This document shows positions 39,690 through 55,562 of a DNA stretch of 64,000 nucleotides, piece after piece (positions within the stretch are counted from its first letter, which is position 1; each line of letters opens with the position of its first letter). The stretch lies in NCBI RefSeq assembly GCF_009914755.1, contig NC_060944.1. One strand, 5' to 3'. The notes below the pieces were generated by a model, which saw nothing but the letters and a program-made list of their open reading frames with translations, was not told the origin of the DNA and made no database searches. This DNA is from the human T2T-CHM13v2.0 reference genome, Homo sapiens. Both the position numbers and the translations under genes were made by a program.

Positions 39690-40655
39690 GATTCACAACC
39701 CTTCTGACACCAGACCTGTATGTGTTTTCTACATCAATAACTAGTTCTTCAACTTTCTGGACACCAACTGAGTGCCCTACAATTCAATTCAGATCTGACA
39801 CTAACTACTTGGAGTTGCCCAGATCCCACAGGGTAAAGGCTCAGTCCCACAGGACTGACCCCCACTTCAGCTGCCAGTCCTGCAACACAGTCCTACCTCC
39901 CACCTGTACTTCTTACCAACTGGTATAAATTATGAGTTCTCATGACCCCCTTCCTCAGTTTTAATAATTTGCTAGAATGGTATCTTCTAAGAATAACTAA
40001 TTCTTCAAGACCTTATAGAATTGTTGTCCAAAAGGAAGCTCACCATTTCTATTAGTTATCTGGCGATGGGCTCATGAGTCTGAAATTTAAGGAAAACAGT
40101 TTACTTACTGAAATTTCAGGAAAATAATTTATTTGCTAATGCTGGTATTAGTAAGTATTAGCCCAGGAACAGTCAAATGGAAGGGATGCACAGGAAAAGC
40201 TATGAAGGTGGAGCTTGGAGCTTCCATGTCCCCTCCAGGTGCACCATCCTCCCAACATCTCAATGTGTTCACCAGCTTGGAAGCTTAGTCATTTAAGGTT
40301 TTTTATGGAGGCTTCATACATAGGAATGTTTAAGTCATTGGCCATTGATGCTTAACTCAGTCTCCAGCTTCTCTCCCCTCCGCAGAAGACTAGGGTAAGG
40401 CTGAAAGTTCCAACCATCTAATTACATGGTTGGTCCTTCCAGCAACCAACTCCCATCCTAAAGCTATGTAGAGGCCCACTGAGACTCACCTTATTAGCAG
40501 AAAGTCAGGCACGATTGAAAGAGGCTTGTTTCAAATAGCAAAGGACAGTCCTGTTACGGCTGTCACTCAGGAAGTTCCAAGGTTTTGTTTTTGTTTTGAG
40601 AAGCTCTGCATCAGGGACCTGGGACAAATACCAAATACATATTTCTTATTATAAT
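39690..40655 (-). mobile_element. MER21-type ERVL LTR with a foreign insert at 39980-40090
   Basis: ggacaccaactgagtgccctacaattcaattcagatctgacactaactac; ctgaaagttccaacc; gggacaaataccaaatacatatttcttatt. Confidence 0.75.
39980..40090 (+). repeat. Local repeat copy A (partial)
   Basis: 32-bp perfect match (39988-40019) to the reverse complement of 44118-44149; direct similarity to 41451-41563. Confidence 0.85.
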
Positions 40656-41384
40656 CTCTCCCTTGTACTTACACCTTTCTATTCCTCAATCCCAATTCCC
40701 TTGGTCAGGCAGGTTCATTTTTCATGAGGAACCGTCTGTTGAGACACGGCCTAGAGATGATGACAGTGTAGACTGGTTAGCCTGGATCAGTGGTCATACA
40801 GGCTCACCTGTGCCACAGTAAACTGGCATTTTAAGGGCCTCCAGATTCAGTGAGAGCCCAGGTAATGGCCCTCTTCCATCCTAGAAAATTGTTCGTGTCC
40901 ACCATCAATAGCTGGTGGTGCACTTGGATGAATTAGGGCTCCTTGGCTGCAAGTAACAGAAATAAGCCTCTGGATTAAGTGAAATGAAACAGGGAAAGAC
41001 CCTAATTATAAAGGTAGTTTATGGACTTAAAGGAAAAATGAAGTCACCAAGCCTCAAAAAGGAAAGGGACTAGAATGCTTCCTGTGATCTTTGGTTCAGG
41101 GATATATGTAAGCTCTTACTTTTTTAAGGGGAGAAATCAAAAAACAATATACAAAGAGAAATAATAAACTAAACATCAATTTTCCCTCCATCCAGAATCA
41201 ATAGCAGTTATCATTCATTTTGATGTGTTTGTTTCTGGAGGAGTTTGTTTTTTGATCTTGTTTTGCTGAATGAATGAAATGAAACCAACTTAACTTCTCA
41301 GTCTCCAGTCCCACTTGCCTCCCCTCAGTCTGGAGATGAATGTTACTGTGAGTTTGTGCACCCTTTCAGGTTCAGAATCAAGAG

Positions 41385-41620
41385 ATTCTGAACTTTGCTT
41401 GTTCAGGCTCTTGTCCCATACTCTAGGGACAGTTTTTAGAATAATTTCAGGTACCTCCTAAGAATAACTAATTATTTAAGACCTCATAGAACTGTTTCTA
41501 AAAAATAAACTCACCATCTCTATTAGAGTTATTGGGAGGTGAGCACAGGAATATGAAATTTAATTAGTTCACTGGGTCATTATTCAACGCACTCAAGTTT
41601 GAAAACCAATGCTTTAGAGT
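41385..41620 (+). repeat. Local repeat copy B, ending in a MER5-like hAT terminus
   Basis: Aligns end to end with the reverse complement of 43984-44224; ends cactcaagtttgaaaaccaatg-ctttagag. Confidence 0.85.
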
Positions 41621-41763
41621 GGTTTCTAATTTACGTGCATCTCTGTAACCAATATGGTGGGGCATTCTCTGTCTTAGGCCTTCTGTTAGCATGGCTCATC
41701 CCCAACCAGTCCCATATCTGGGGGAGTGTCTGATGTACATGGGTTGTGCCACAGGCCTGCTTT

Positions 41764-41995
41764 CAGGGCCCCATTATGATTTTAATGGACCTTGGACAAT
41801 TTCGCCTTTGTAGGCCCCTTTTTCCCACAATAGATAAGGAAAATTATGTTTTATGATTGGGTTGGTATAAAGTTGTATTTAATTCAGGCTGGATTATATT
41901 CATTTTTTCCTTCTGGTTTTCAAATAAATCAAAACACTCCTGCTGGGCCCTAAAAGTATTGTGGGCCCAAGCCCCAGGCATGGTGTGCTTAATGG
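41764..41995. mobile_element. MER96B-like hAT MITE
   Basis: cagggcc...aggctggattatattcattttttcc...gggccctaaaagtattgtgggccc. Confidence 0.7.
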
Positions 41996-42323
41996 AGCAC
42001 ACTCCTGCAGTCATTCAAGGAAGAGGCAAGGCCCATGATTGGCATTCTCAGTCAAATCACACGAAGGGCTGCTTTTCTGATATAGTAACACCCAACAGAT
42101 GAAATCAGGAGATTTCCTCTTCAAGCCCTTTACATTTCCATTGTGGCCAGAGTCTCAGATCTGGGTGCAGACACAACCCTGCTACACTACAGGCCTGTCC
42201 TTTGAAATTCCTCCACATCCATTCCTCAAGCAGTCTCCAGTCTGGGTCAAGCTCCTGGAGAGGCTCATCTTCCCACCTGAACTCTCAAACATCCTTGGTC
42301 ACATAGGATTGATTAAGAATTCA

Positions 42324-42797
<474 letters not shown>

Positions 42798-43054
42798 TCA
42801 TGCCTATACCCTGAAAGATATCATGGTCTCAAGCAGAAACAGGTAATCTGATGATGTACGTCATGCACCCGGCGAAGTATGATGAGTACTGGAGATCTGG
42901 GAGCAGCTGGGGGCCATCCTTGGTTCTTGTCACAAGGAATAAGTTCTCTACCCTTCTGCTCCTCTAGCTAGTCCTGCCTCAACTCATTTGCAGGAGGCCA
43001 TTTCCCTGGGTCTCAGCCTGTATCACTTGACTTCTTGTTCATCAAGCAATAAAT

Positions 43055-43510
43055 CATATCTCATCAATTATATGATGCACATATTTTAAAAGCCATTTAA
43101 CATTTCTGTAAATGGGTTATGATTGATTGCCTCTTACAAGCACTGTTGGCCAGGTGGCAGTTGTGACAAAGGTGCATTGCCTGAACATGCATGAGTTTGA
43201 TCTGAAAAGTATTGATGCTTCTGATAAGATCAGGAGGATGTCTGCAAGTAACTTGCAGAGTGGGGATCAGCAACCTGGAAGGACACCCCAGAGACTGCAG
43301 CTCGTAACCAGTAATATTGCATATAATTTTTTATGTATGCCAAAAGTGATAGACATAAATCTAAAAGAGCTTTTTAATAATTAGAAAATAAAATTTCCAA
43401 GGCATAAGGAAATACTGTGTCATGATTTAATTTGTAGCATTTTTTTCCTTAATAGTGCTTAAAATAATGATGTCTTTAATCAATGGTGACACAGATTTGA
43501 GAAAGTAGGC
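43055..43510. mobile_element. TcMar-Tc2 element (Kanga/MER104-like)
   Basis: Termini resemble MER104 (catatctcatcaattatatgatgcacat...caatggtgacacagatttgagaaagtagg). Confidence 0.55.
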
Positions 43511-43760
43511 TGTATGTACAAGTCTCACGGTGGCTCCATGGGGACAGAGACCACCATATTTTCAACACATAGCATAGTGCTGGCATGAAATAGATGCTTA
43601 ATATGTATGTGCTGATTGTCTGGCATTCTTAGTTAAAATAACATGTACACAGAATAAGGGGAAAAATAACAATATGCCATGAATAGACTTAGAACATTTT
43701 CCTATTTCTCACTGTGTGCCTTAAGTGTACATATCATATGACATAACATTTTCTTTATAG

Positions 43761-43984
43761 CTGGGATTGGCAATATTTTTTCTGTAAAGGGCCAGATAGT
43801 AAAGATTGTAGGATCTGTGGGCCATACAGTCTCCGCTGCCACTACTCAACTCTGCTGTTTTAGCACAAAAGCAGCCACAGACACATTATGCTAACTAATG
43901 GGTGTGGCTTTATTTTAATAATACTTTATTTACAAAAACAGGCACATGGCAGGATTTAGTCAATGTGCCATAGCATGTCAACTG
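43761..43984. mobile_element. MER58A
   Basis: ttttctgtaaagggccagatagtaaa...gtgggccatacagtctc...aataatactttatttacaaaaacagg. Confidence 0.85.
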
Positions 43985-44224
43985 CTCTGAAGCATTTGTT
44001 TTCAAATTTGAGTGTGTATAATAATGACTCAGTGAACTTGTTAAAATTCAGATTCCTGAGCCCATCTCCAGATAACTTTAATAGATACAGTGAGCTTCTT
44101 TCTTTTTGAGCAACACATCTATAAGGTCTTGAAGAATTAGTTATTCTTAAAAGGTTTCTGCAATTCTTCTAGAAACTTTCTCTAGAGTATGAGGCAAGAG
44201 CCTGGACAAGCAAAGTACGGAATT
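43984..44224 (-). repeat. Local repeat copy C (inverted relative to A and B)
   Basis: Reverse complement reads actttgcttgtccaggctcttgcctcatactctagag...taagaataactaattcttcaagacc...cactcaaatttgaaaacaaatgc. Confidence 0.85.
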
Positions 44225-44879
44225 TTTTAATGTCTTATCAAGATATCAAGATTTTTTTTCCCCTTTTATTTGTATGGTGATGTCATTTCCCTTTTTCTTT
44301 GTATGGTGTCAGGAGGCAGCCACATATTATTAGGGATTAAATAGGAGAGCTAGAGCATTTTTTTTTTTAAGAAGACAGATGTCTCATCACCCATCCAGGG
44401 TAAAGGACAAGTGTTCAAAAATGAAATTATACCCCTTCAATTTTATGGTCAAAAGGAGATTCCTCTCTCTAATGGACAACAGGAGTCCCAGTAGCCATGA
44501 CTGAGTGCAGGCTGGGATTGTGCCCATAGGAGAAACCACTCCAGACCAAGCCTTGTCTACCAATACAGAGGCTGATGTGGTTGCCACATGTGCAGAGCTG
44601 TGCAGACCCACCTCAGGTAAACATTGGATTCAAAGAAACTATAAGGCATCGCTGCAATAAGCCTATTAGTATGGCTCTCTCCATGGGGTGATTTTCTTCT
44701 TTTTTTAGAGAATGAAGTCCTCTTAGATTTGTTTGTTTGTTTAAGAGACAAGTAAATAGTTTTGAAATCTCTGCGTGAGATTTTAATCTGGTTAATTGTC
44801 TTTAAATACCTCTTGCCTGGGTATATAAACCTCTTTAGTACTGTATGTGGTCAGGATGATGCAGAGAGTGAGAAATTAT

Positions 44880-45100
44880 GTGATAATATAGTAATGATAA
44901 CATTTATCTGGTGGGCACGGGGCTAAGACCTTGAATACATTGACTCATTCTGTTCTGACAGCAACTCTCAAGGTAGGTTCTATAATTACCCTCATTTTTG
45001 CAGAGGAGGATGAGAGGCTCTGAATTTAGGTAGCTACTCAATGTCACTAGCTAGTAAACATTAGAGCCATGATTTAAGTCCAGGCATTATGACTCTTTAT
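44880..45100. mobile_element. MIR SINE
   Basis: aaggtaggttctataattaccctcatttttgcagaggaggatgagaggctc. Confidence 0.65.
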
Positions 45101-45659
45101 GTTGAACTCTTTACCTTTACTTAATGAGACATCTTACTGGGATAGCACAGCAAGGGTGTCCAAGAGGAGAAAAACAGAATTCTCAATATTGTGTTGACTA
45201 AAATTCGTGATCCATGTTGGATAAAACTTCCACCAACACCTCACACCAAACTGACATCTACTCCGTTGGAAGATCCCAATGGGAGTTGCACAAGTTATTT
45301 TTTTGGAAAGTCGGCAGTATGGACTGAAGGTGGAAATAGGGTTAGGCAAGACTGATACTAGAGATACTAGACTCCAGTTCCAGAAATGGGACATAGGGTG
45401 GTCTTGTGAGCTGAGACTTTGTAAGGGCAGCCCCCATCCTGAAAAAGATCTGCAGTCAGGATGGGCACTGTGTATAGCCCTGGGAGTGCATTGTACTTCA
45501 CAGGAATGTCCTCTTGCCCACATGTACACTTCCATTGCTGCTGTCTTCCTCCATCATAGTTGCCTGGTAAAACTCCAACCCTGGTTAAATCTAATGGTCT
45601 ACTTTCTCTGAACCAGCACCCAAGCTTGTTGAAGGAAAACACAACCATGTTGACAGGCG

Positions 45660-45905
45660 ATGCACTGTATGATTCCATTTATAGGACAGCCTGGTCAAGG
45701 CAAAGTTAGGGGACAAAAACAGATTAGTGGTTTCCAGGGGCAGGGAGTAGGGCTGTCTATAAAAGGCATGAGGGAATCTTGGTGGGTAATGGAGCTGTTC
45801 TGTGTCTTCATTATGGCAGTACTGGTTACATGACTGTCTGTCAAATTACATACATTAAAAAAGGTGGATATTACTGTATTTAACTTATATCTTACTAAAC
45901 TTAGC
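45660..45905 (+). mobile_element. L1ME-type 3' end
   Basis: actgtatgattccatttata...aacagattagtggtttccagggg. Confidence 0.7.
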
Positions 45906-47151
45906 TAAAATGAAGTCTCAAGAAGCAGCTGGGATACAAGATGAAGAATCATATCCTGAGCTATAAGAAGAAGATGTTATCATCTTTAATATTAAAGAAA
46001 ATATAATTTATATTAAAAAGAATCTTATATGGTAAATTATTGTCCTAAAGTAAATTAACTGATTGTTTAAAGAAAGGGATGTTTACTACAAGTCAGAAAG
46101 TTGAGGCATGTCAAAGATTGTCTGTGAAAGTTGTGAAAAATGTTATAAAAGGGAACTTAGGCAAGAAATATTGTGTAATTTAAAAGTAATTAGGCCTCCT
46201 GGATGCTTTATAAAATGTCACTATAACTCTTAGCTGTACGACTTGCCTGCCTTGCAGCTAGGAACAACCTAGTATACGTGGAGTTAACTGCTGGAACAAG
46301 CCAGACCTTATCTGCACTTCTGTCTAAGTCCTAGACTCTACACCTAGCACATAATTAAAATCCCAAACTTACCAAGGTTTTCAACAAAGGTAAAGGCTGC
46401 TAAAAGTTAACAGAATAACATGTATTTAAAACTATTGAAGAGACAGTTTATGTGCAAGGTGTGTAAGAAAAGTAAAATATACTTTTGGTAAAAAGATTAT
46501 AAGGAGGCATGAGAATGTGGATTTTTACCTAGATTAAAAGCCTAAAGAATTGTTTTGAAGGTTTAAGCAAGTTTTAAAAGGTTAATTGTAAAGGAAATTC
46601 TGTGCGTAAACATATTGGCTAAAGTTGAAGGAGCATCATCCAGTTTTTCTGCAAATTGAGCATTCAAATAAAAGCACAATGTGTTCTCTTAAAGCACTAA
46701 CCTGTTCTTTAACAAAAATTATAAAGGGTTAAAAAGAGTCTATAAAAATCTTACCTTATGGTCAAACATTAAAATTGGGTAAATATGTCTACCAGATTTT
46801 ATTAAAATTGAGTTTAATAGCACACTAATATAAAGGTGAAATTTGGCTTATCTGGTATAAAATCATACAGGAAGCATTGTCAAATATCAAATGGTGTTTG
46901 GCTTTCTTTTGACTATATTTGTATAAATATGTTATTGGTATGTGTTCCAAAATTATGGGAGACTCCTATAATTCTGATAAATCTTATTGTACATTATCAG
47001 TAATAGTTATAATTGTTATGTTAAAATTATTATGTGCCACAGAGGTAACAGATATCCTTGTCAATTGTGTCTTTAACTATGGCTACCCTAAAACTTTTTC
47101 TTATCCATAAACAATTGTTGTCTTGTTTTGGTCCTCTTTAGAAGGTGTTTT

Positions 47152-50204
<3,053 letters not shown>

Positions 50205-51151
50205 GGTGGTTTTATAATCAGCTATAAAGCTCTAACAGGTGCTCTTGAATGAAGGTTTCTGTTAACTGGAGATTGTAACATCAAAATAGAGGAAAAACAT
50301 TCAGGACCTTTGAAGAGCTAAAATGTTCATTAATGTCAAGCAGTACAGAAATTAACTGCATAAAATGAACTAATAGGAGACTGGAGTAATCTTTTTAGTG
50401 TTTTGCTTAAAACATTGCTAATCCTTTGTTTTGCTTTTCAAAGTCAAGTAAACTTTTCTTTTGAGCTATTAACAGCTTTTAACAATTTAGTATGCTCCCA
50501 TAAACAAAATTTGGAGCATACTTGTCTCTCTCTTCCTGATTTTCTCCAGAATTTGGAAACTATCTGAATATTCTTAAGTTGTCTTGGGACCTCAAGAGGA
50601 GAGAAATTCATCAACTCATAGGTATTTGATGGTAAAAATCCATGGCTGGGCTTGGCTTTAAAAAGGTCTTATCTCAGATTCCTTCTACGGAACAAAATTC
50701 CATCAAAGCTAATTTAAAAGGCCTATGTAACAAATAATTATTCTTGCTGCACTGTATGCAAATAATTTAGCCAAGTATAACAAAGCAAACCTGTCCTACC
50801 ATGATTTGTCTTTTAATAAAAATGGGAAACTAGAGAGAGAAAATTATGTTTCAAAAACTATGGCACTCCTGTTGTTAGATTCTAGTGTTTTTCAATTTTT
50901 ATTATTTTGTACTGCTTAAATTAAATTCTAATTTTTCTGGCTACAAGTTTCCAAAATAAGCTGTGCTTTCTTAAAGCCCTATGAACGGAAAACTAGGTGT
51001 TTCAGGGGGTGCTGCCTCTAAGTGCCCCCGATCATCACAGGAGGAAATGTCTTCACTGTTGGTGCTGACAACTAATAACTGAAGGTTCCCAGAATCCTTC
51101 GTCCCCATGTCTAGCGAGTCCACGGAACCCAGGGTAATTAAAATGGCATCT

Positions 51152-51290
51152 GTTACAGGAATCAACTCCTAAATATATTGCACGCAAGTCAAAGCCTGGA
51201 AAGCTAAGGAAGCAACCCCTGACAGCCCCCAAAAACGTCCTAAATATCAATGTAAAGAAATAGGAAATCTTAAGCTGAAAATCATAAAAA
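51152..51290 (+). pseudogene. ERV1 integrase C-terminal remnant
   Basis: Translates VTGINS*IYCTQVKAWKAKEATPDSPQKRPKYQCKEIGNLKLKII, resembling a gamma-like IN tail (G-I-x-S-W-I-H-x-T-R-V-K-A-W). Confidence 0.6.
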
Positions 51291-51576
51291 AATAAGTAAC
51301 TGAGTGAGAACTACTCATCTTACTCAGTCTCACCCCTACCTCTCCTTTTAAGCCAAATATTAAAACTTTTTAATGGCAATTATTTATTATGCCACCCTTG
51401 TGGGAATTGCCTTACTCATTCTACTATTTGCAGTAGGCCTATATACTGTAGCACCCTCAGGGTGAAATATCAGACAAAAAACGTCAATTACTCTAGTATT
51501 TTGCTTAATTATTATCCTCATAGCAGGAATAACGGTTACTAACAGAAAATAACATGTGTTATTGGGCCTTTCCTAG

Positions 51577-51825
51577 CAGCACCTCTGCCTGTCATTATGT
51601 AAAAAATGTTGTTTCTACCTCTACCAATTGGGCCTAGTAAGAAACACTGCTGAAAAAGTTAAAGAAAGGGCTAAAAAGCTAAGGAAATATCAAAACAACC
51701 AAATAAATTCTTGGTTTGAAAACAAAATCATAGCATGGGTCATCCCATTCCTGGGCCCTCTCCTAATAATATGCCTGGAACTAATGTTCTTTTCCTGCCT
51801 AATTAACCTTTTTCAAGATTTTTAA
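51577..51825 (+). pseudogene. ERV1 env TM-subunit remnant
   Basis: In frame with ORF 51628: CLSLCKKCCFY (CX6CC), then GLVRNTAEKVKERAKKL and hydrophobic IIAWVIPFLGPLLIICL; stop at 51574-76 upstream. Confidence 0.8.
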
Positions 51826-51992
51826 CTGACAGAATCATGGCCATTTCATAGACAACTACCCCAAAACATCTACAAACGGCATTTCCCCTACAGTCAACCG
51901 GAGACCAGAAAACTCTCTGTCCCCTCGTCAGCAGGAAGTAGCCTAAAAGAACACGCTGTCCCTCCTCCTTTTTATAGCTATAGAGTCTGGAT

Positions 51993-52486
51993 TGACAGAG
52001 CAGGAGCATTGCCATCTTGGACAAACCCCTCATTCTAAGTTTCACCTTAATAAAAAACTGCCTAAATCCACCAGCCTAATGGCTAAAGTCAGCATGACCA
52101 TAAACCACAAATAACATCTCCAACCAGAAACATTCCAAACTCCTCCCCCACCAGAGACATCCTAGCCCCTAGATAAGTCCCCTCCAGCCGGGAAGATGCT
52201 AGCCCCGAGATAACCCCGCTCTGGGCCGGAAAGATGTCTGCCCCAAGATAACCTCCCCTCGTCCCAGAGAGATTCCAATCCCACCATAAACTTCTCCACA
52301 CACATAATCATTCCAAGCTTGTGATAAGCCCCCTCACCCTAAACCCAATATATACTCTTAGTCTGTAAGAGTAAGTGCTCCTGACTGAAATTGGCTAGGA
52401 ACACCTCTCAGGTTTTGTCCAAAGTAAACCTGTCTTTAACTGCCAGCTGTATTTCGTGTTTCTTTCCTCTTTCTTTAACTCTTACA
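51993..52486 (+). mobile_element. 3' LTR, MER83/MER84-like (ERV1)
   Basis: TG...CA termini (tgacagagcaggagcattgccatcttggacaa...aactcttaca), internal ~38-bp repeats, TATA-like aatatata, agtaaa poly(A)-like signal. Confidence 0.8.
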
Positions 52487-53719
52487 GAAGAGCTTTAGCC
52501 ATGAAGGACATTGATGTATTTGGGAGGGCAAACATGAACATGGTGATGTGAAGTGGGTCTGAGGTACACTTGCCAATCATACCTCATCCCTTTGTCATGG
52601 AGTCTTGAGCCTATGGGAGCAAGTTGAAGTCTGTACCTCATGTATGGTTGGTTGAGGTGTAGTCAGTGCTGATTTAGGAATTGTAAAAGGCTGAGTTCAC
52701 AGATGGACAATGCAAAACAGTCCAGCTGAAGCAGTTTGGGAGAAGACAGAACCTGACTGAAGATTCCAAGCAAGGGCTTATATGACCCAGCCTCCCCGTA
52801 TGAGACCCAGACAATTGTCATCAGATAAGGAACAAAGACTGCGTCAGTGATTCATGTAAAGGAGTAATTTAAGCAAGAGCTCTCACTGTTGGAGCAATAT
52901 TTCTACAGGTCAACCAAGCGTGACCATTTCTAACTAGGAAAATGCCTTTGGATAATAAACTGTCTCCTATACGCACCATGCAGCGAACTTGCTTCATCTT
53001 CATCAATTAAACACTCCCAATTTTCTCTTCCCTGGTATCTGACAAGAATCTATTTTCTCTTTTTTCCATGTAAAGAGAGGGTTTTTGGAGGCTGAGAGTG
53101 GTATTAGTGGGATTTGATGTTGGCATCCCCATAATTCAAGTTCTCAATTGCTGTTCCCACTACTGCAGGGCCTCAGGCAAAACCTCTAACCTTGGTTTCC
53201 CCCAAATGCATAATAAAGAGAAGAGTCTTTACTTATTTATGATGGGCTCTGTTACTTGTATGAGAGATGTTCCAATGTAAGTATTATTACAAGGTCCGAT
53301 TTACTGTCCAGAAAGAAGCAATCCTGATAGAAATCTTTCATTTAATTAAAATTGATTTTAAAATTGCCTGATCAATAATGAGTTAAAAATTCATCCTGGC
53401 TCAGTGGGAGGAGAGAGGCCTCCAAGCAATCCTCACTGGAGTGGGTTTTGGCTCAAGAGTGAGGTGGGCCTTGCCGGCCCTGCTTGACTGGCCAAAGTCT
53501 GATGATTTTTCTTGTGGTCCAGACAGCCAAGCCCTCCTTGAGAGCAGGAGGACATGCAAAAGAATCTACTCTTATTTCTTGCATTTTGAGCAGAAAAGTT
53601 TAAAAAAGGCAACTGACCTTGCTAGTTAAGCTTGAACCATTTAACTTACTGGAAACCAATAAAAACATTTACTTATTCATTTTGGGGGAATGGATGGTGC
53701 ATTTGCTTGAAAGCTCCCT

Positions 53720-54060
53720 CCCCCAGCTACAGAGGCCCTTTTCCACATGTGCGGTCACTCCAGCTGGAAAAATTGAAGCTGTCTTCCCACCCTCCCATAG
53801 CCTACACTCCCACATGCAATCATTTGCTAAATTCTACCAGTTCAACCTCTGCATCTCTGGCTCTTTTCCATCCCCATTGCTCCTGCCCTGGGTCATACTG
53901 TCTTCACCTCTTACCTGGAATATTTAATAGCTGTCTCACTGGTTTCCTTGGCCCACTTGTCCACCTGTCTAATTCATTTTCCATGCTCTTACCTGAGAAA
54001 TCTCCTTAAAAGGTAGGTCATCTTGGGTTACTGCTGCTCAGAAATCTTTGGTGATCCACA
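53720..54060 (+). mobile_element. L2 fragment
   Basis: cccacatgcaatcatttgctaaattctacc...cttacctggaatatttaatagctgtctcactggtttcc. Confidence 0.6.
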
Positions 54061-54438
54061 TTTTAATAAGGAATTAAGTCCAAGTGCCTTGGTGGGCATT
54101 CCAAGACACCATAAATCAGACCTCTTGCCAGCAAGTAACATCCACTGTGTGTCTCCCAACAGGCTGCCAACTCTCTTCTTTCCTCCCATACTGTGCTACT
54201 CAGCACTCTGATAACATACAGAACTCTTCTAGGCCTCTGTGGCTGTGCTCACACGATTTCCAATTCCCCCTAATTAAAACACGGGTTTGTTCATTTGACA
54301 AATATTCATTTGGAAAAGGCTATGTGCCTGGCCTTGTGCAAGGCTAAAATGGAAGTTAGGGGGAAAAGATGTATTTGACAAAGCCCCTGCTCTCCTGGAG
54401 CTGACATTTCAATGGGGAGGTAAGCTATTAAAACAAAC

Positions 54439-54713
54439 ACCCAGCACTTTGGGAGGCTGAGGCTGGTGGATCACAAGGTTAGGAGTTCAAGACCAGCCTG
54501 GCCAAGATGGTGAAATCCCGTCTCTACTAAAAATACAAAAAAATTAGCCAGGCATGGTGGCAGGCGCCTGTAATCCCAGCTACTCGGGAGGCTGAGGCAG
54601 AGAATTGCTTGAACCTGGGAGGCGGAGGTTGCAGTGAGCCGAGATCACACCACTGCACTCCAGCATGGATGACAGAGTGTGACTCCATCTCAAAACAAAC
54701 AAACAAACAAAAA
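54439..54713 (+). mobile_element. 5'-truncated AluS with (CAAA)n tail
   Basis: Starts at cccagcactttggg; the flanking aaaacaaaca merges with the tail. Confidence 0.92.
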
Positions 54714-55096
54714 GATGAAAAAATAGAGATGACGGTAAGAGTTATGAAATAAATCAGTGGAGCCCTATGGTGAGTAACACAATCTGGGGCTGGGGGGATC
54801 CAACTAAATAGTTGGGGGCTGCCTTTCAGAGTAAGAGCCGTTTACACCGAGAAATGAAGGATGAGGATGGGGCAGACAGGTAAGACGTGGAAGAAGCATG
54901 GGGCAGAGGAGACAGTGATTCTAAGAAGTCGAGGTGGGAGGGACTTCGGTGCATTCTAGGAAAGCCAATGCTCTGGGAACATAGGGAGATTTTTTTTTTT
55001 TTTTTTTTGAGAAATGTTAGGAGATAAAGGTAGAATGTCAGTGCCAGATCATCATGGCTTTGTGGCCATGTAAGGGGTTTCCACTGTTTTTCCAAG

Positions 55097-55562
55097 TGTG
55101 TTAGTTTCTTAGGGCTGTTGTAACAAAGTACCACAAACCGCATGCTTAAAACAACAGAGATTTATAGTCTCACAGCTCTGGAGGCCAGAATCCTGAAATC
55201 AAGGTAGGGCCATCCTCTTTCCCAAGTTTCTAAGGAGGATCCCTCCTTTTCCTTTTACAGTGTCTGGTGTCCTGATGTGCTTCTTGGCTTATTTTAGCTT
55301 ATCTCCAATCTCTGTCTCTACATGCTGCTCTCCCAGTGTGGTGTCTGTGTCTGTGTCCAAACTTCCATCGTCTTATAAGGACATCAGTCATATTGCACTA
55401 AGGACCACCCTAATTACTTCATTTCAACTTGATTAAATCTGCAAAGAACTTGTTTCCAAATAAGGTGATGTCACAGTCACAGGTACTAGGAATTGAACTT
55501 GAACATATCTTTTTTGCTGGGGGAGTTGGGGGTGGGGGGGACTTACAGTCCAACCCATAATA
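55097..55562 (-). mobile_element. MLT1C-like solo LTR
   Basis: tgtgttagtttcttagggctgttgtaacaaagtaccacaaac...caacccataata; TSD-like ccaag/acaag. Confidence 0.8.

Noticed and set aside
55517-55541. G-rich tract as a functional G-quadruplex
   Set aside because: It is an expanded G-run at the end of an MLT1 LTR, where such runs are common.
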